42,839 nt of DNA from a virus: IMG/VR virus record IMGVR_UViG_3300040758_000113. The stretch is one strand, 5' to 3'. The notes below the pieces were generated by a model. The model had not been told where the DNA came from. It searched no databases and saw nothing but the letters and a program-made list of their open reading frames with translations. Below are positions 8,551 through 17,071 of the stretch, one piece after another; within the stretch, counting starts at the first letter, position 1; every line of letters starts with the position of its first letter. Made by a program: the position numbers and the translations under genes.

Positions 8551-9675
8551 ATGAAGGAACTCATAGACATATTTATAGAACGATATCCGATGGTTGACCG
8601 AGACGCCTTTTGGGCATACTTAGACCACATCCAAAAGTCAAAACTACCAGAAAGAGAAAAAGGAAACTGGCACCACATCCTCCCTAAATCTATGTTCCCG
8701 GAATACAAGAGTAGAGTCGGTCATCCGTGGAATTCAGTTAAAATAAGCCCATTTGACCACTTCAAGGCTCACTACCTTTTATTCAGGGCCGTCAAATGCC
8801 AAGCTACCGCCTATGCATGGAAAATGATGAGCAAAATGGGAAAGATTAAAATAGAAGACGAATATCTTCAAGAGTACGAAAGGGCGGTTAGTGTGGTTAA
8901 GGACCAGTGCGGTAAAACAATGAGAGGAAAGGTTGCCGCAAAGGATAAAAATGGGGATATATACCATGTAGAAACAAATGACCCCCGCCTTAAAGACGGT
9001 AGCCTAACGCACTTTGCGAGATACACGGTCAATGTTAAAGACTCTCTCGGAAACCGCTTCAAAGTAAGAAAAGATGACCCTCGATATTTGTCCGGGGAGT
9101 TAGTGCATGTACGAAAGGGCAGAATAACAACGAAGGACAAGGCTGGGATTGTGATTGATACCACCTGTGATGACCCACGGCTGATAACCGGGGAACTCAC
9201 CCATGTAAACAAAGGATATGTTCTAACAATAGATAAAGATGGTGTCTACAAACGAGTAAGAGTGACAGACCCGGCGTACCAAAATGGGGACTTGATTCAT
9301 GCCCGTACCGGATATTCGCCAGATGGTAGCCCGGTATCGCCAAACATAAAATCCCGCCTTTGTCCCCAATGTAAAAAAAGACTAATCTATAAGAATAAGT
9401 ACCACTGTAAAATAGCTGATAAGACTAACGGGCTGTGTGGTAGTTGTGCGGCAAAGAATAGATGTGCCCCCTTATATACTAAAACGGAACGCCACTGCCC
9501 GGTTTGTGGTGTTTCTTTGCACTATAAATATGCTTGGTTATGCAAACAAATGGAGGAGCGGGGGAGCGTTTGCAGAAAATGTTCTTCTATGGCAAGGGCT
9601 AAACGCTTACGATGGCCCCAGACTAGATGGGACCACCAAATTAGTGGTATTATAAATCAAAAAGAAGAACAATAA
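8551..9675 (+). CDS. HNH-type endonuclease with four tandem DPRxxxGxLxH repeats and a Cys-rich C-terminal zinc-ribbon region
   Basis: NWHHILPKSMFPE...WNSVKISPFDHFKAH (HNH-like). Repeats: DPRLKDGSLTH / DPRYLSGELVH / DPRLITGELTH / DPAYQNGDLIH. C-terminus has CPQC...CGSC...CPVCG...CRKC. Start moved to the ATG at 8551 (GAGGA RBS) instead of the track's 8518. Confidence 0.55.
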   Translation: MKELIDIFIERYPMVDRDAFWAYLDHIQKSKLPEREKGNWHHILPKSMFPEYKSRVGHPWNSVKISPFDHFKAHYLLFRAVKCQATAYAWKMMSKMGKIKIEDEYLQEYERAVSVVKDQCGKTMRGKVAAKDKNGDIYHVETNDPRLKDGSLTHFARYTVNVKDSLGNRFKVRKDDPRYLSGELVHVRKGRITTKDKAGIVIDTTCDDPRLITGELTHVNKGYVLTIDKDGVYKRVRVTDPAYQNGDLIHARTGYSPDGSPVSPNIKSRLCPQCKKRLIYKNKYHCKIADKTNGLCGSCAAKNRCAPLYTKTERHCPVCGVSLHYKYAWLCKQMEERGSVCRKCSSMARAKRLRWPQTRWDHQISGIINQKEEQ

Positions 9676-9822
9676 GAATCGGGAAATTGTAGTATTAGAC
9701 ATCATGCGCAGAGAATGCTCCATCAAGGGGATGTAACGGCGAGTGCATGGAATGTACCCAAAACGCCAACTATCACCCCCATCAGTAGTGATAACGCCAA
9801 CAAACACCGCCACAGGAGGATT

Positions 9823-11094
9823 ATGAGTGCAGAGAAGCCTACGAGGGAAGATTTTATTCTGGAGGCGCAGAGGCTATCCAACAATGGAAGCCAGCCAGTT
9901 AGTCGTGATTTCTTTCGTAACAACAGCCCACTTAAGGACCGATGGGCTGCGTATTTCCCCACCTTCGAGGCCCTTCTTGATGCAGCCAACATAAAGCACG
10001 CCCGCAAGGTTGCCCAACCCGCCGTCAAAGCCGCCAAAGTTGCTCCACCCCCGGAAGAGCCGAGGGAAGTATATCTGCGCCGGGACAACAGCCGTCTCAG
10101 AAACGAAGTCAGGAAAGCACATGAGGAGCAGGGCTACTGGCAAGAGATGACCGACGCCATTGTGGACGCCATCACTGGCTTGGACCCGTTACCGCCCGTG
10201 GAGTTTGAATCACCCATGGGTGCGGGCAGCGACATGGCTGCGTGCATCAAACTCTCCGACTGGCATATTGGGGAAATCATCAAGCCCGAGGAGACCGAGG
10301 GATTCGGTATTTACAACTGGGATATAGCACAGGAACGTATGAAGTACATTGCGCAGAAGTTCCTCGGCTGGGTGGATACACACCGAACTACCTTCAACAT
10401 CCCCAACCTGTATGTCTTCGGAGAAGGTGACTGGGTATCCGGCGACATCCACGAAGAACTCCGCCGCACGAATGAGTTCCCCCTCCCCGTACAGGCAACG
10501 CAAGCGGGCAAACTGCTTGCACAGACCGTCTCCACTTTCGCTCCCCATTTCGACAAGATAACCCTTGTGGAGATTGGGGCGGACAACCACGGACGGCTGT
10601 TACAGAAGCCGCAATCCAAGCAGAAGTCCAGCAACTCCATGAGCCACGTGGTGTACGAAATCGCCAATGCCTATCTCCAGAATCACGAGAACATTGACAT
10701 CGTCACTACCGAGGGCATGAAGCATGTGGTCGATATGGTGGGTGTGAAGTTCCTCATCGAACACGGCGACACCGTAAAGGCATGGATGGGCATTCCCTTC
10801 TATGGCCTCGAACGTGAGCGGGGCCGGGAAGCCATCAAGCGGATGCAGGCAATGCTGGATGCTTGGCGGCAGGAAATGGAAGACATGGCGAAGCTCGGCT
10901 TCGACTATATCTCCTGTGGTCACTGGCATGTCCCCGGTATTGTATCCGGCAACATTCTCATCAACGGAAGTCTCAGCGGCACATCGGAATTTGACCACGG
11001 CTGTGGACGGCACGCCCGCCCATCGCAGGTCAGCTTCCTTGTTCACCCGGAACACAAGCTGTTCGATTGGGTCGCTTGGACGCCGCCCATGTAA
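9823..11094 (+). CDS. Calcineurin-like metallophosphoesterase (Mre11/SbcD-type fold) with N-terminal extension
   Basis: Phosphoesterase motifs LSDWHIG (D-x-H), GEGDWVSGDIH, IGADNHG (GNH), EHGD, CGHWHVPG (GHxH). Strong RBS ACAGGAGGATT-ATG at 9823. The track ORF begins at 9715 but has no RBS there. The N-terminal ~90 aa (…NNSPLKDRWAAYFPTFEALLDAANI) resemble the homing-endonuclease-associated DNA-binding repeat. Confidence 0.65.
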   Translation: MSAEKPTREDFILEAQRLSNNGSQPVSRDFFRNNSPLKDRWAAYFPTFEALLDAANIKHARKVAQPAVKAAKVAPPPEEPREVYLRRDNSRLRNEVRKAHEEQGYWQEMTDAIVDAITGLDPLPPVEFESPMGAGSDMAACIKLSDWHIGEIIKPEETEGFGIYNWDIAQERMKYIAQKFLGWVDTHRTTFNIPNLYVFGEGDWVSGDIHEELRRTNEFPLPVQATQAGKLLAQTVSTFAPHFDKITLVEIGADNHGRLLQKPQSKQKSSNSMSHVVYEIANAYLQNHENIDIVTTEGMKHVVDMVGVKFLIEHGDTVKAWMGIPFYGLERERGREAIKRMQAMLDAWRQEMEDMAKLGFDYISCGHWHVPGIVSGNILINGSLSGTSEFDHGCGRHARPSQVSFLVHPEHKLFDWVAWTPPM

Positions 11095-11153
11095 TTATGT
11101 TTTTCAAAAAGGCTCAAGTGGACATTCATCCATCTAGTTATGGGTTACATATA

Positions 11154-11204
11154 CCCGCTTAGGTGAAGAGGGATAATACCAGTTCTCCTCTTCACCTAAG
11201 CGGG
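11154..11204. terminator. Perfect 18-bp inverted repeat hairpin (15-nt loop) between convergent genes; candidate bidirectional terminator
   Basis: cccgcttaggtgaagagg (11154-11171) pairs with cctcttcacctaagcggg (11187-11204). It lies between the + gene ending at 11094 and the - gene ending at 11196. U-tracts are weak. Confidence 0.45.
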
Positions 11205-12020
11205 AGTAAATGTATAGGGGTGGTGTTCTCTCATTGCCTTTATGAGTTGTCCAATTTCTACCCACTGTTCATATGTAAACCGGTTTGATTTTCCGCAATT
11301 GCATTTAGGGCAGCACGGAACCAAGTTATCTTTTCGATATCCAATTGAAGAGTCTTTCCTATCAAGGTTTGTCCTATTGTTCGCCCCACATCCCTTATGG
11401 GATAAAGCATTCCAAATTAGGGGTTCATCACAATAGTGGCATGTTTTAGATTCGGTTATAGTAACAAGTTCCTCATAAGTTAATCCCTCCCATTTTTTAC
11501 TTCTACGAATTTGCGCTATCATCCACTCAAGGGGCCGTTTCTGACGACCTAAAGATTGAAGATGCCGCCCGCAAAGGTAACAACCGCTGTTCCTGTCTTT
11601 CCTTATACGAATCCAAGACTTCACTCCATGAATGCGGCATCGTGCGTGCCAAAGATATGCCTTACCTCGTTGCTGTTGGATAGTTTTAGGAGGTTCATCC
11701 AAAATTTCCCAAGGACACTCTGGGGGTAACGGCTGAATCCTCATATCAATAAGCTGCCTTTGAGACATCCGCTTACCCCAGCATCGTCTACAACCTAGTG
11801 TTCTACCAGAACGTAAATTCAACCCCACAATCCAGCGTTTAACCCCACACCCAGAACACTGACAATACCACTTATACGGCTTACCCCTCTTCCCTCCACC
11901 TTGAGGTGAATCACTTAAAACAATCCATATACAATCTTGGGGCAATAACTCTGGTCTATTTCTCATATCTATAAATTTGTGCATTCGTTGTATATTCCTC
12001 CCATTACTAATATATTCCAT
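11196..12020 (-). CDS. HNH endonuclease with N-terminal tandem zinc-ribbon (CxCxxCG...GCxxC) repeats
   Basis: C-terminus CHYCDEPL...NLDRKDSSIGYRKDNLVPCCPKCNCGKSN (HNH). Repeats WYCQCSGCGVKRW...LGCRRCWG and LWHARCRIHGVKSW...GCYLCG. Confidence 0.65.
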   Translation of the reverse strand: MEYISNGRNIQRMHKFIDMRNRPELLPQDCIWIVLSDSPQGGGKRGKPYKWYCQCSGCGVKRWIVGLNLRSGRTLGCRRCWGKRMSQRQLIDMRIQPLPPECPWEILDEPPKTIQQQRGKAYLWHARCRIHGVKSWIRIRKDRNSGCYLCGRHLQSLGRQKRPLEWMIAQIRRSKKWEGLTYEELVTITESKTCHYCDEPLIWNALSHKGCGANNRTNLDRKDSSIGYRKDNLVPCCPKCNCGKSNRFTYEQWVEIGQLIKAMREHHPYTFTPA

Positions 12021-12039
12021 ATTTGATTTTCTTAATCAA

Positions 12040-12495
12040 ATGGCTAAAGAAAGAGGAATGTCACATAGTTGGGAAGATTTTCCAAAACGTAAAGATGAAT
12101 TAGGGTTTAACCTTTGCCGCTTCTGCGGCAAAGCTCTAACCGGTCGCCGGACCTCATGGTGCAGCAAACAATGCACCATCGAAGTCCTCCTCCTCTGCGA
12201 CTGGTCATTCATCCGCAACAAAGTAAAGCGCCGGGACAAGTACCGCTGTGTCCTCTGTCATCGCAATAAGCATGAGGCGGGTTCGCTGGAAGTTGACCAT
12301 ATCGTGGAGTTGCAAGACGGTGGGCAGACAGTGATGGAGAACTTACGAACAATGTGTTTAGAGTCTCATAAAGTTAAGACCAAACTCATGAAAACGGCAA
12401 GGTTTGAAAGACGGGTGGTTCTTTCACAAAAGGAATTATCCACCCTTCCATGCATTTCAAAAAAATGGGCAGGGCTTCCGGTCTTAAGCATTTGA
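12040..12495 (+). CDS. HNH endonuclease (small, McrA/HNH_5-like)
   Basis: CRFCGKAL...YRCVLCHRNKHEAGSLEVDHIVELQDGGQTVMENLRTMCLESHKVKT. ATG at 12040 chosen; the track ORF starts at 11977 inside the convergent gene's end. Confidence 0.6.
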   Translation: MAKERGMSHSWEDFPKRKDELGFNLCRFCGKALTGRRTSWCSKQCTIEVLLLCDWSFIRNKVKRRDKYRCVLCHRNKHEAGSLEVDHIVELQDGGQTVMENLRTMCLESHKVKTKLMKTARFERRVVLSQKELSTLPCISKKWAGLPVLSI

Positions 12496-13039
12496 AAAAC
12501 CCAATCATACCACCCCTCAAACGATTACACTTATTACATGAAATAACTAGATTTTCTGGACTATTATCCTCTTTAATTTCATTTAAGTGGTCACCCACAA
12601 TATCCTTCCATTCAAGAGTATTTCCACACCAAAAACAGGGGTGAACGCCGGGACCATACCTATCGTATAAAACTTTTCTGTGTTCTAAAACGTATCCCGC
12701 ACTAATCGCTAAAGGATGCTGAGGGAGGATTAGTCTTACATACCCATCTTTCTTGACGGCACGAAACTTAACTCCTTGTCTAACCACACTGCCCGTTCTT
12801 CTTTGTTGATAATAACAAGCCTCACATAGACCGTAGGTGGGGCGGTCAACCAGCTTACCACAATTTGGTGTATTACAAACTAACGCTCTTTTAATTTTTC
12901 TTCTGGATTTTAAGGTAGACTTTTCATACTCGGTTCTACACTTAACAGAGCAATATTTGCGGTCTGTACCCCTACCAACTTGGTAAGAAAACTCTCTTCC
13001 ACAAATACAGGTACGAAATCTCTCCGTTAGTTTATCCAT
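12386..13039 (-). CDS. HNH endonuclease (HNH_3-like) with N-terminal Cys-rich region
   Basis: GYVLEHRKVLYDRYG...CFWCGNTLEW...HLNEIKEDNSPENLVISCNKCN. The 3' end overlaps the convergent + HNH gene by ~110 nt. Confidence 0.6.
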   Translation of the reverse strand: MDKLTERFRTCICGREFSYQVGRGTDRKYCSVKCRTEYEKSTLKSRRKIKRALVCNTPNCGKLVDRPTYGLCEACYYQQRRTGSVVRQGVKFRAVKKDGYVRLILPQHPLAISAGYVLEHRKVLYDRYGPGVHPCFWCGNTLEWKDIVGDHLNEIKEDNSPENLVISCNKCNRLRGGMIGFFKCLRPEALPIFLKCMEGWIIPFVKEPPVFQTLPFS

Positions 13040-13156
13040 ATAAAGGGGAGCGAAAGTTGTTGTTTTTATGACAATGAGTTCTTATTGTGGCAAAACCAGA
13101 GAAGAATACCACCAATAGAGATTACGCCAAAAGCGAAATATGCGACAACTCCCCAA

Positions 13157-13744
13157 TCAATGTGCATCCCCTTTTTCCTTCTTGATGCGCTTCATTACCT
13201 TCCGGCTGAGGGCATTCAGCCACTTGCAGTCGGCGCACGGGCGAGAGCACTTCCCTTCTCGAACCATGTTCTTTTTGAGCCGATAGTTTCCGTAATGTTT
13301 GAACGTCAAATTGGCAAGCTCGATAAGAGCTTCATCGAAAGTGGGACCGCCGCAGTCAAGCTCCACGTCATGGAAGGGCATCAGGGCGGTACTGGTATCC
13401 CACTCCGACATGTAACCCCACTCCAAGTGACCCAGTTCCAGCCAGCACTCAGGGTTGACATTCTTGGTTCTGTCATCGTTGACTTCACCCTTGTCGTCCA
13501 CGAGCGTGTAGAAGATGCTAAGGTTTTCCTCAATAGCACGATGGAACTCGTGCCGCCATTCCCGCCAGTGCTGACCACCCCTGTCTTTGGTAACGATGAA
13601 TCCCTTCCGCTTGGACCGGGCGGCATCCACAGGAGACTCCGGGGTTCTCACCCGACAGTTAAGTTTAGGATGGTAGTAGAGAAACCACCAAGCCCCAAAA
13701 CCATCTGTTATCTTACGTTTTTCTTGCAATTTTCCCCGTGCCAT
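13157..13744 (-). CDS. Hypothetical protein
   Basis: 195-aa ORF. C-terminus has CSRPCADCKW. No family recognised. Confidence 0.4.
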   Translation of the reverse strand: MARGKLQEKRKITDGFGAWWFLYYHPKLNCRVRTPESPVDAARSKRKGFIVTKDRGGQHWREWRHEFHRAIEENLSIFYTLVDDKGEVNDDRTKNVNPECWLELGHLEWGYMSEWDTSTALMPFHDVELDCGGPTFDEALIELANLTFKHYGNYRLKKNMVREGKCSRPCADCKWLNALSRKVMKRIKKEKGDAH

Positions 13745-14439
13745 TTATAATAGAACCTCTCTACTACGGTTTTACCGCAGTGGGGACATTGAAACCGAGT
13801 AACCGTACTCCAATAATTTTGTTGAGCGACTTTACTGTGTTTTTTACTTTCCTCGTTTCTTTTTTCACCCCGTAACCGAAACTTCCACGCTTCTCTTAAA
13901 TGTTCTCGATGAGTCTCTGATTTCGTTTTTCCTTTAAGTCCTAGACTGATTTTCTTTTTAACTTCAGTGGTCATGCTAGCTTTCTTGGCTTTAGACATCA
14001 TAGTGCGATATATTTCACTTGCTGACCGAATAACCGCAGACCTTTTCATTTTAATTAAAGTACTTTTTGAAAATTTCCTTCCTTTTAATGTCGCCGAAAT
14101 TTTAGCTCGTGTAACGGCGGACTGGTTTTTAGAGATTATTGACCGAACTTTTCTTTGTTTTTCATTTAGAGTGTATCCGGCGGTGCCTTCTCCACCATCT
14201 GTGTGATTATGGAGAATTCCGGTACCCAAATCTTTTCTACCGTATTTAGCCACCAAGCTTTTTTCCAAATTAAAGGCAGTTGGTTCATCAAGATTATCTT
14301 TAACTATTTGAATTCGTGTTAAATCACGAGGGTGAAACCTCCGACTGGCGTTAAACGCCCGTTTGCCATGGCCCTTACCAACATAATAAGGGGTACCATC
14401 CTTTCGTAGAAATACGTACACATAAAAATTATTTAACAT
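13708..14439 (-). CDS. GIY-YIG homing endonuclease with NUMOD3-type repeats and C-terminal zinc finger
   Basis: YVYVFLRKDGTPYYVGKGHGKR (GIY-YIG). Repeated KISATLKGRK / KISLGLKGKTKSETHREHLREA. CPHCGKTV...HGENC. Confidence 0.7.
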   Translation of the reverse strand: MLNNFYVYVFLRKDGTPYYVGKGHGKRAFNASRRFHPRDLTRIQIVKDNLDEPTAFNLEKSLVAKYGRKDLGTGILHNHTDGGEGTAGYTLNEKQRKVRSIISKNQSAVTRAKISATLKGRKFSKSTLIKMKRSAVIRSASEIYRTMMSKAKKASMTTEVKKKISLGLKGKTKSETHREHLREAWKFRLRGEKRNEESKKHSKVAQQNYWSTVTRFQCPHCGKTVVERFYYKWHGENCKKNVR

Positions 14440-14564
14440 TCATAACTCCCCACATAGGGAAATCATATTGGTTCTTTTATAAACACCCATTTAATTATCG
14501 GACCTATGAAGCAAAGAAAATATTACGTTTTGGCTTATTTATAATACTGAGTTTTATGGGAAAT

Positions 14565-15071
14565 TTAGTACTCTTCTTCCGGCTCTTCTTCGAGGGGATT
14601 TTGCATTTGCTCCATGAACTGCCCCATTTGTTCAAGCATCTTTATCTTACGAGGGTCTTCCCTCCCGTCGCCGATGTAGGAGAACAGGCCCGTGGAAGGA
14701 ACCGGAGTCAGCTTAAACCCGATAGCCCGCAGAGCCAGCCCGTACATCTTGGTCTTGACGGCGCTATGGGAAGCAACCACCAGCATGTGGTATTGGGCGA
14801 GCCAGCGGGTGATGGATTCCTTGAACGCCTTGCGGTCGAAGCTACCCCAGACCTTGGGGACGATGTGTTCCAACTGCTCTTCGCTGGTGAAGTCCTGTCC
14901 CCGGCGCTGGAGACCAATCTGATGAAATCCAAAGCGGGAGTCTACGGTGAGAAAGAGTTCGTAGTCCCCCACCTGTACCTCATCCAAGACACGGTCCCCC
15001 GTTACCTTAAAGCGCTTCTGCGCTTCGGGAGTCAAGGGCATCGCCTGCTTGGGGCGGAGCAACGGATTCAT
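14565..15071 (-). CDS. Hypothetical protein with acidic C-terminal tail
   Basis: 168-aa ORF with GAGG RBS. Ends ...EEEPEEEY. The overlapping + ORF looks like a shadow frame. Confidence 0.45.
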   Translation of the reverse strand: MNPLLRPKQAMPLTPEAQKRFKVTGDRVLDEVQVGDYELFLTVDSRFGFHQIGLQRRGQDFTSEEQLEHIVPKVWGSFDRKAFKESITRWLAQYHMLVVASHSAVKTKMYGLALRAIGFKLTPVPSTGLFSYIGDGREDPRKIKMLEQMGQFMEQMQNPLEEEPEEEY

Positions 15072-15096
15072 GGGGCCTCAATAGAGGCTTTCATAG

Positions 15097-15735
15097 CTAC
15101 CTTGGTGGAGTTAGAGCAACCTCAACCGAAGTCATGGTGCTCCTGAACTCTTTCCGTATCAACGTCTTAAGGGCCTCTCTTTGAGTCCTGTCGGAAGAAG
15201 AAGCGTCAAGGATAGTCAGCACCCTGCCTTCCAATGACCGGAAGTAACCGAGGTTTGCACTCTTGTCCAAACCGGAAACACGGGAAGGCACAATATCAAC
15301 GGCTAGATGCGGGAATCGTTTGAATTCCGAAACCTCCACCTCGGTTTTGATGGCCTCTGCCTTGGCGTCTGCATTTGCCACGGCGCAATGCATCTTCTCT
15401 TCATCCGCTTCCATCAGGTTTTCGAGTGCCTGCACGGGGCGGCTGACCTTCTCCGGGGGTGGGGGTGTTTCCACCAGTGGTTCCCCATCCTTCCCCTCAT
15501 GAAAAAGGGAAGCAACCAAGGTCTCTGCCGTCTTGGGGGTGAGCTTGGGAACGTCGGCACCATAATCAAAGAAATCGGCGGCACCGGCTTCGGTAAGCTC
15601 CTTCTCCAATCTTTCTATTTCGGCTCTGAGTTTGGTGGTTTTGGCTTTGACGGTCTCCGTTTGAATTCCCTCGGGAGACACACGGGTCTTACGAATCTTT
15701 CTTTTTGCGGACATATATCCCCCACTGTACTGCAC
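15097..15735 (-). CDS. Hypothetical protein (charged, coiled-coil-like N-terminus)
   Basis: 212-aa ORF packed tightly against its neighbours. Confidence 0.4.
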   Translation of the reverse strand: MQYSGGYMSAKRKIRKTRVSPEGIQTETVKAKTTKLRAEIERLEKELTEAGAADFFDYGADVPKLTPKTAETLVASLFHEGKDGEPLVETPPPPEKVSRPVQALENLMEADEEKMHCAVANADAKAEAIKTEVEVSEFKRFPHLAVDIVPSRVSGLDKSANLGYFRSLEGRVLTILDASSSDRTQREALKTLIRKEFRSTMTSVEVALTPPR

Positions 15736-15799
15736 TGAATTTGACTACACTAGGGGCATAATAGCCCCACAATAGAGGGTGTGATAGTTGTGGTTTTGA

Positions 15800-16462
15800 T
15801 TATGCTAAGGCGTGAAACACGCCTCGGTCACCACTCCAGTTAGCGGGTTTGTATTTAATGCTGACCATGTGGGCATCATTGAAACCAGCGAACTTTAGCC
15901 AAGATTCAACGCATGGGGGATTTGGTCCCCAAAGGCATGTGGGGTCACCGTAAGGCTTGTTTTTATCATAGAAACTGCATATGGGTTCTTCCTTGAAAAT
16001 CCAATCCAAATGGGTTTCCAAGATGAGCTTTCCCTTGCAGACAGAGTGAAGCTTCTGGAGGGCAAGAAGGGGGTTTTGAAAGTGGTGGAGCGCCCCGAGG
16101 CAAAGAACGAAGTCATACTTCCCAAGAAGGTCCGGGTCCAAGTCATGAACATCAAGTTTTATCCCCACCACCTTGGAATTTAACACTCGTGTGGCGAGGT
16201 CAAATCCCCGGCGTCCGGTGTCAAAGCACCACGTATCCACGGCAGTCACCGCAGAGGCCCCCCGGCGCTCGCACAAGAAGCTCCACCAGCCATCCCACGC
16301 ACCTACATCCAGTACGCTCTTGCCGGTTAAGTCCTCGGGGAGATGCAAACGACGAAGCTTCTCCTCGCTGTCGGTGGTGCCGGGGGTGATGACCCCGTCG
16401 CCAAGGTCAATCCTGTGCCACCACTTAATTGCATCAATTTCGGCCTTAAGTTTTAGATTCAT
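15800..16462 (-). CDS. Class I SAM-dependent methyltransferase
   Basis: Motif I GKSVLDVGAWDGWWSF, plus the acidic loop and a DFVLCLGALHH-type motif. Confidence 0.6.
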   Translation of the reverse strand: MNLKLKAEIDAIKWWHRIDLGDGVITPGTTDSEEKLRRLHLPEDLTGKSVLDVGAWDGWWSFLCERRGASAVTAVDTWCFDTGRRGFDLATRVLNSKVVGIKLDVHDLDPDLLGKYDFVLCLGALHHFQNPLLALQKLHSVCKGKLILETHLDWIFKEEPICSFYDKNKPYGDPTCLWGPNPPCVESWLKFAGFNDAHMVSIKYKPANWSGDRGVFHALA

Positions 16463-17033
16463 GTAAACCCATCTTTTTTATATAATGGCTTGCTGTAATC
16501 AAATAGTCAATGAATTCCATATAAGACATATTACTTTTACAACGATTACATATTTTGCAACAAGTCACCGTATTTCCCTCTGTATAACCGCAATCATTAT
16601 TCATGCGGTCCAGACCGTTGTATATAAAAGCCCCATTGTTAGCTTTAGTTTTTGCACATCCAACAGGGGGTCTACCACAGTAATGACAAGGCTGACAAAC
16701 AAGAGTATCGAATTGGGCATCGCTTAATGCCCACTCGTATCCACGTTTTTTTGCTTGGTTTTTATAGATTGAGAGAACCCGGTTTCTCATACTTTGACCG
16801 GCAGGGAGTTTATTCCCGGATGCTTTGCCTAATCTACACTTTCTTGCATTTTCTCTTTGAAGACACCCACAACTCTTTACAGCACCACTAATCAGGTGTC
16901 TTCCTAAAGTGGGTTTTTCTACACCACAATCACAACGAGCCAACCACTTTATTTTTTGGTACTTATCCCTGCCAAACAATTTAAGGATGGTTAATCTACC
17001 AAAACGCATTCCCGTCAAATCTTTGAACATCAT
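16446..17033 (-). CDS. HNH endonuclease with zinc-ribbon repeats (paralog of 11196-12020 and 41210-41974)
   Basis: CHYCGRPP...NGLDRMNNDCGYTEGNTVTCCKICNRCKSN. N-terminal WLARCDCGVEK...CGCLQ repeat. Start set at the MMFKDL ATG (17033), which has a GGGGA RBS and avoids a 46-nt overlap with the glycosyltransferase gene. The track gives 17117. Confidence 0.6.
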   Translation of the reverse strand: MMFKDLTGMRFGRLTILKLFGRDKYQKIKWLARCDCGVEKPTLGRHLISGAVKSCGCLQRENARKCRLGKASGNKLPAGQSMRNRVLSIYKNQAKKRGYEWALSDAQFDTLVCQPCHYCGRPPVGCAKTKANNGAFIYNGLDRMNNDCGYTEGNTVTCCKICNRCKSNMSYMEFIDYLITASHYIKKMGLHESKT

Positions 17034-17071
17034 TTGATGTACATCCCCAAATAAGCAAATGATAATCCATA

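Noticed and set aside
9715-9822. Track start (9715) for the metallophosphoesterase
   Set aside because: No Shine-Dalgarno there. A strong AGGAGG-N5-ATG sits at 9823 and the upstream segment is more likely 5'UTR carrying the AGTATTAGA box.
15808-15824. Hairpin aggcgtgaaacacgcct
   Set aside because: Lies within the C-terminal coding region of the methyltransferase ORF. No U-tract.
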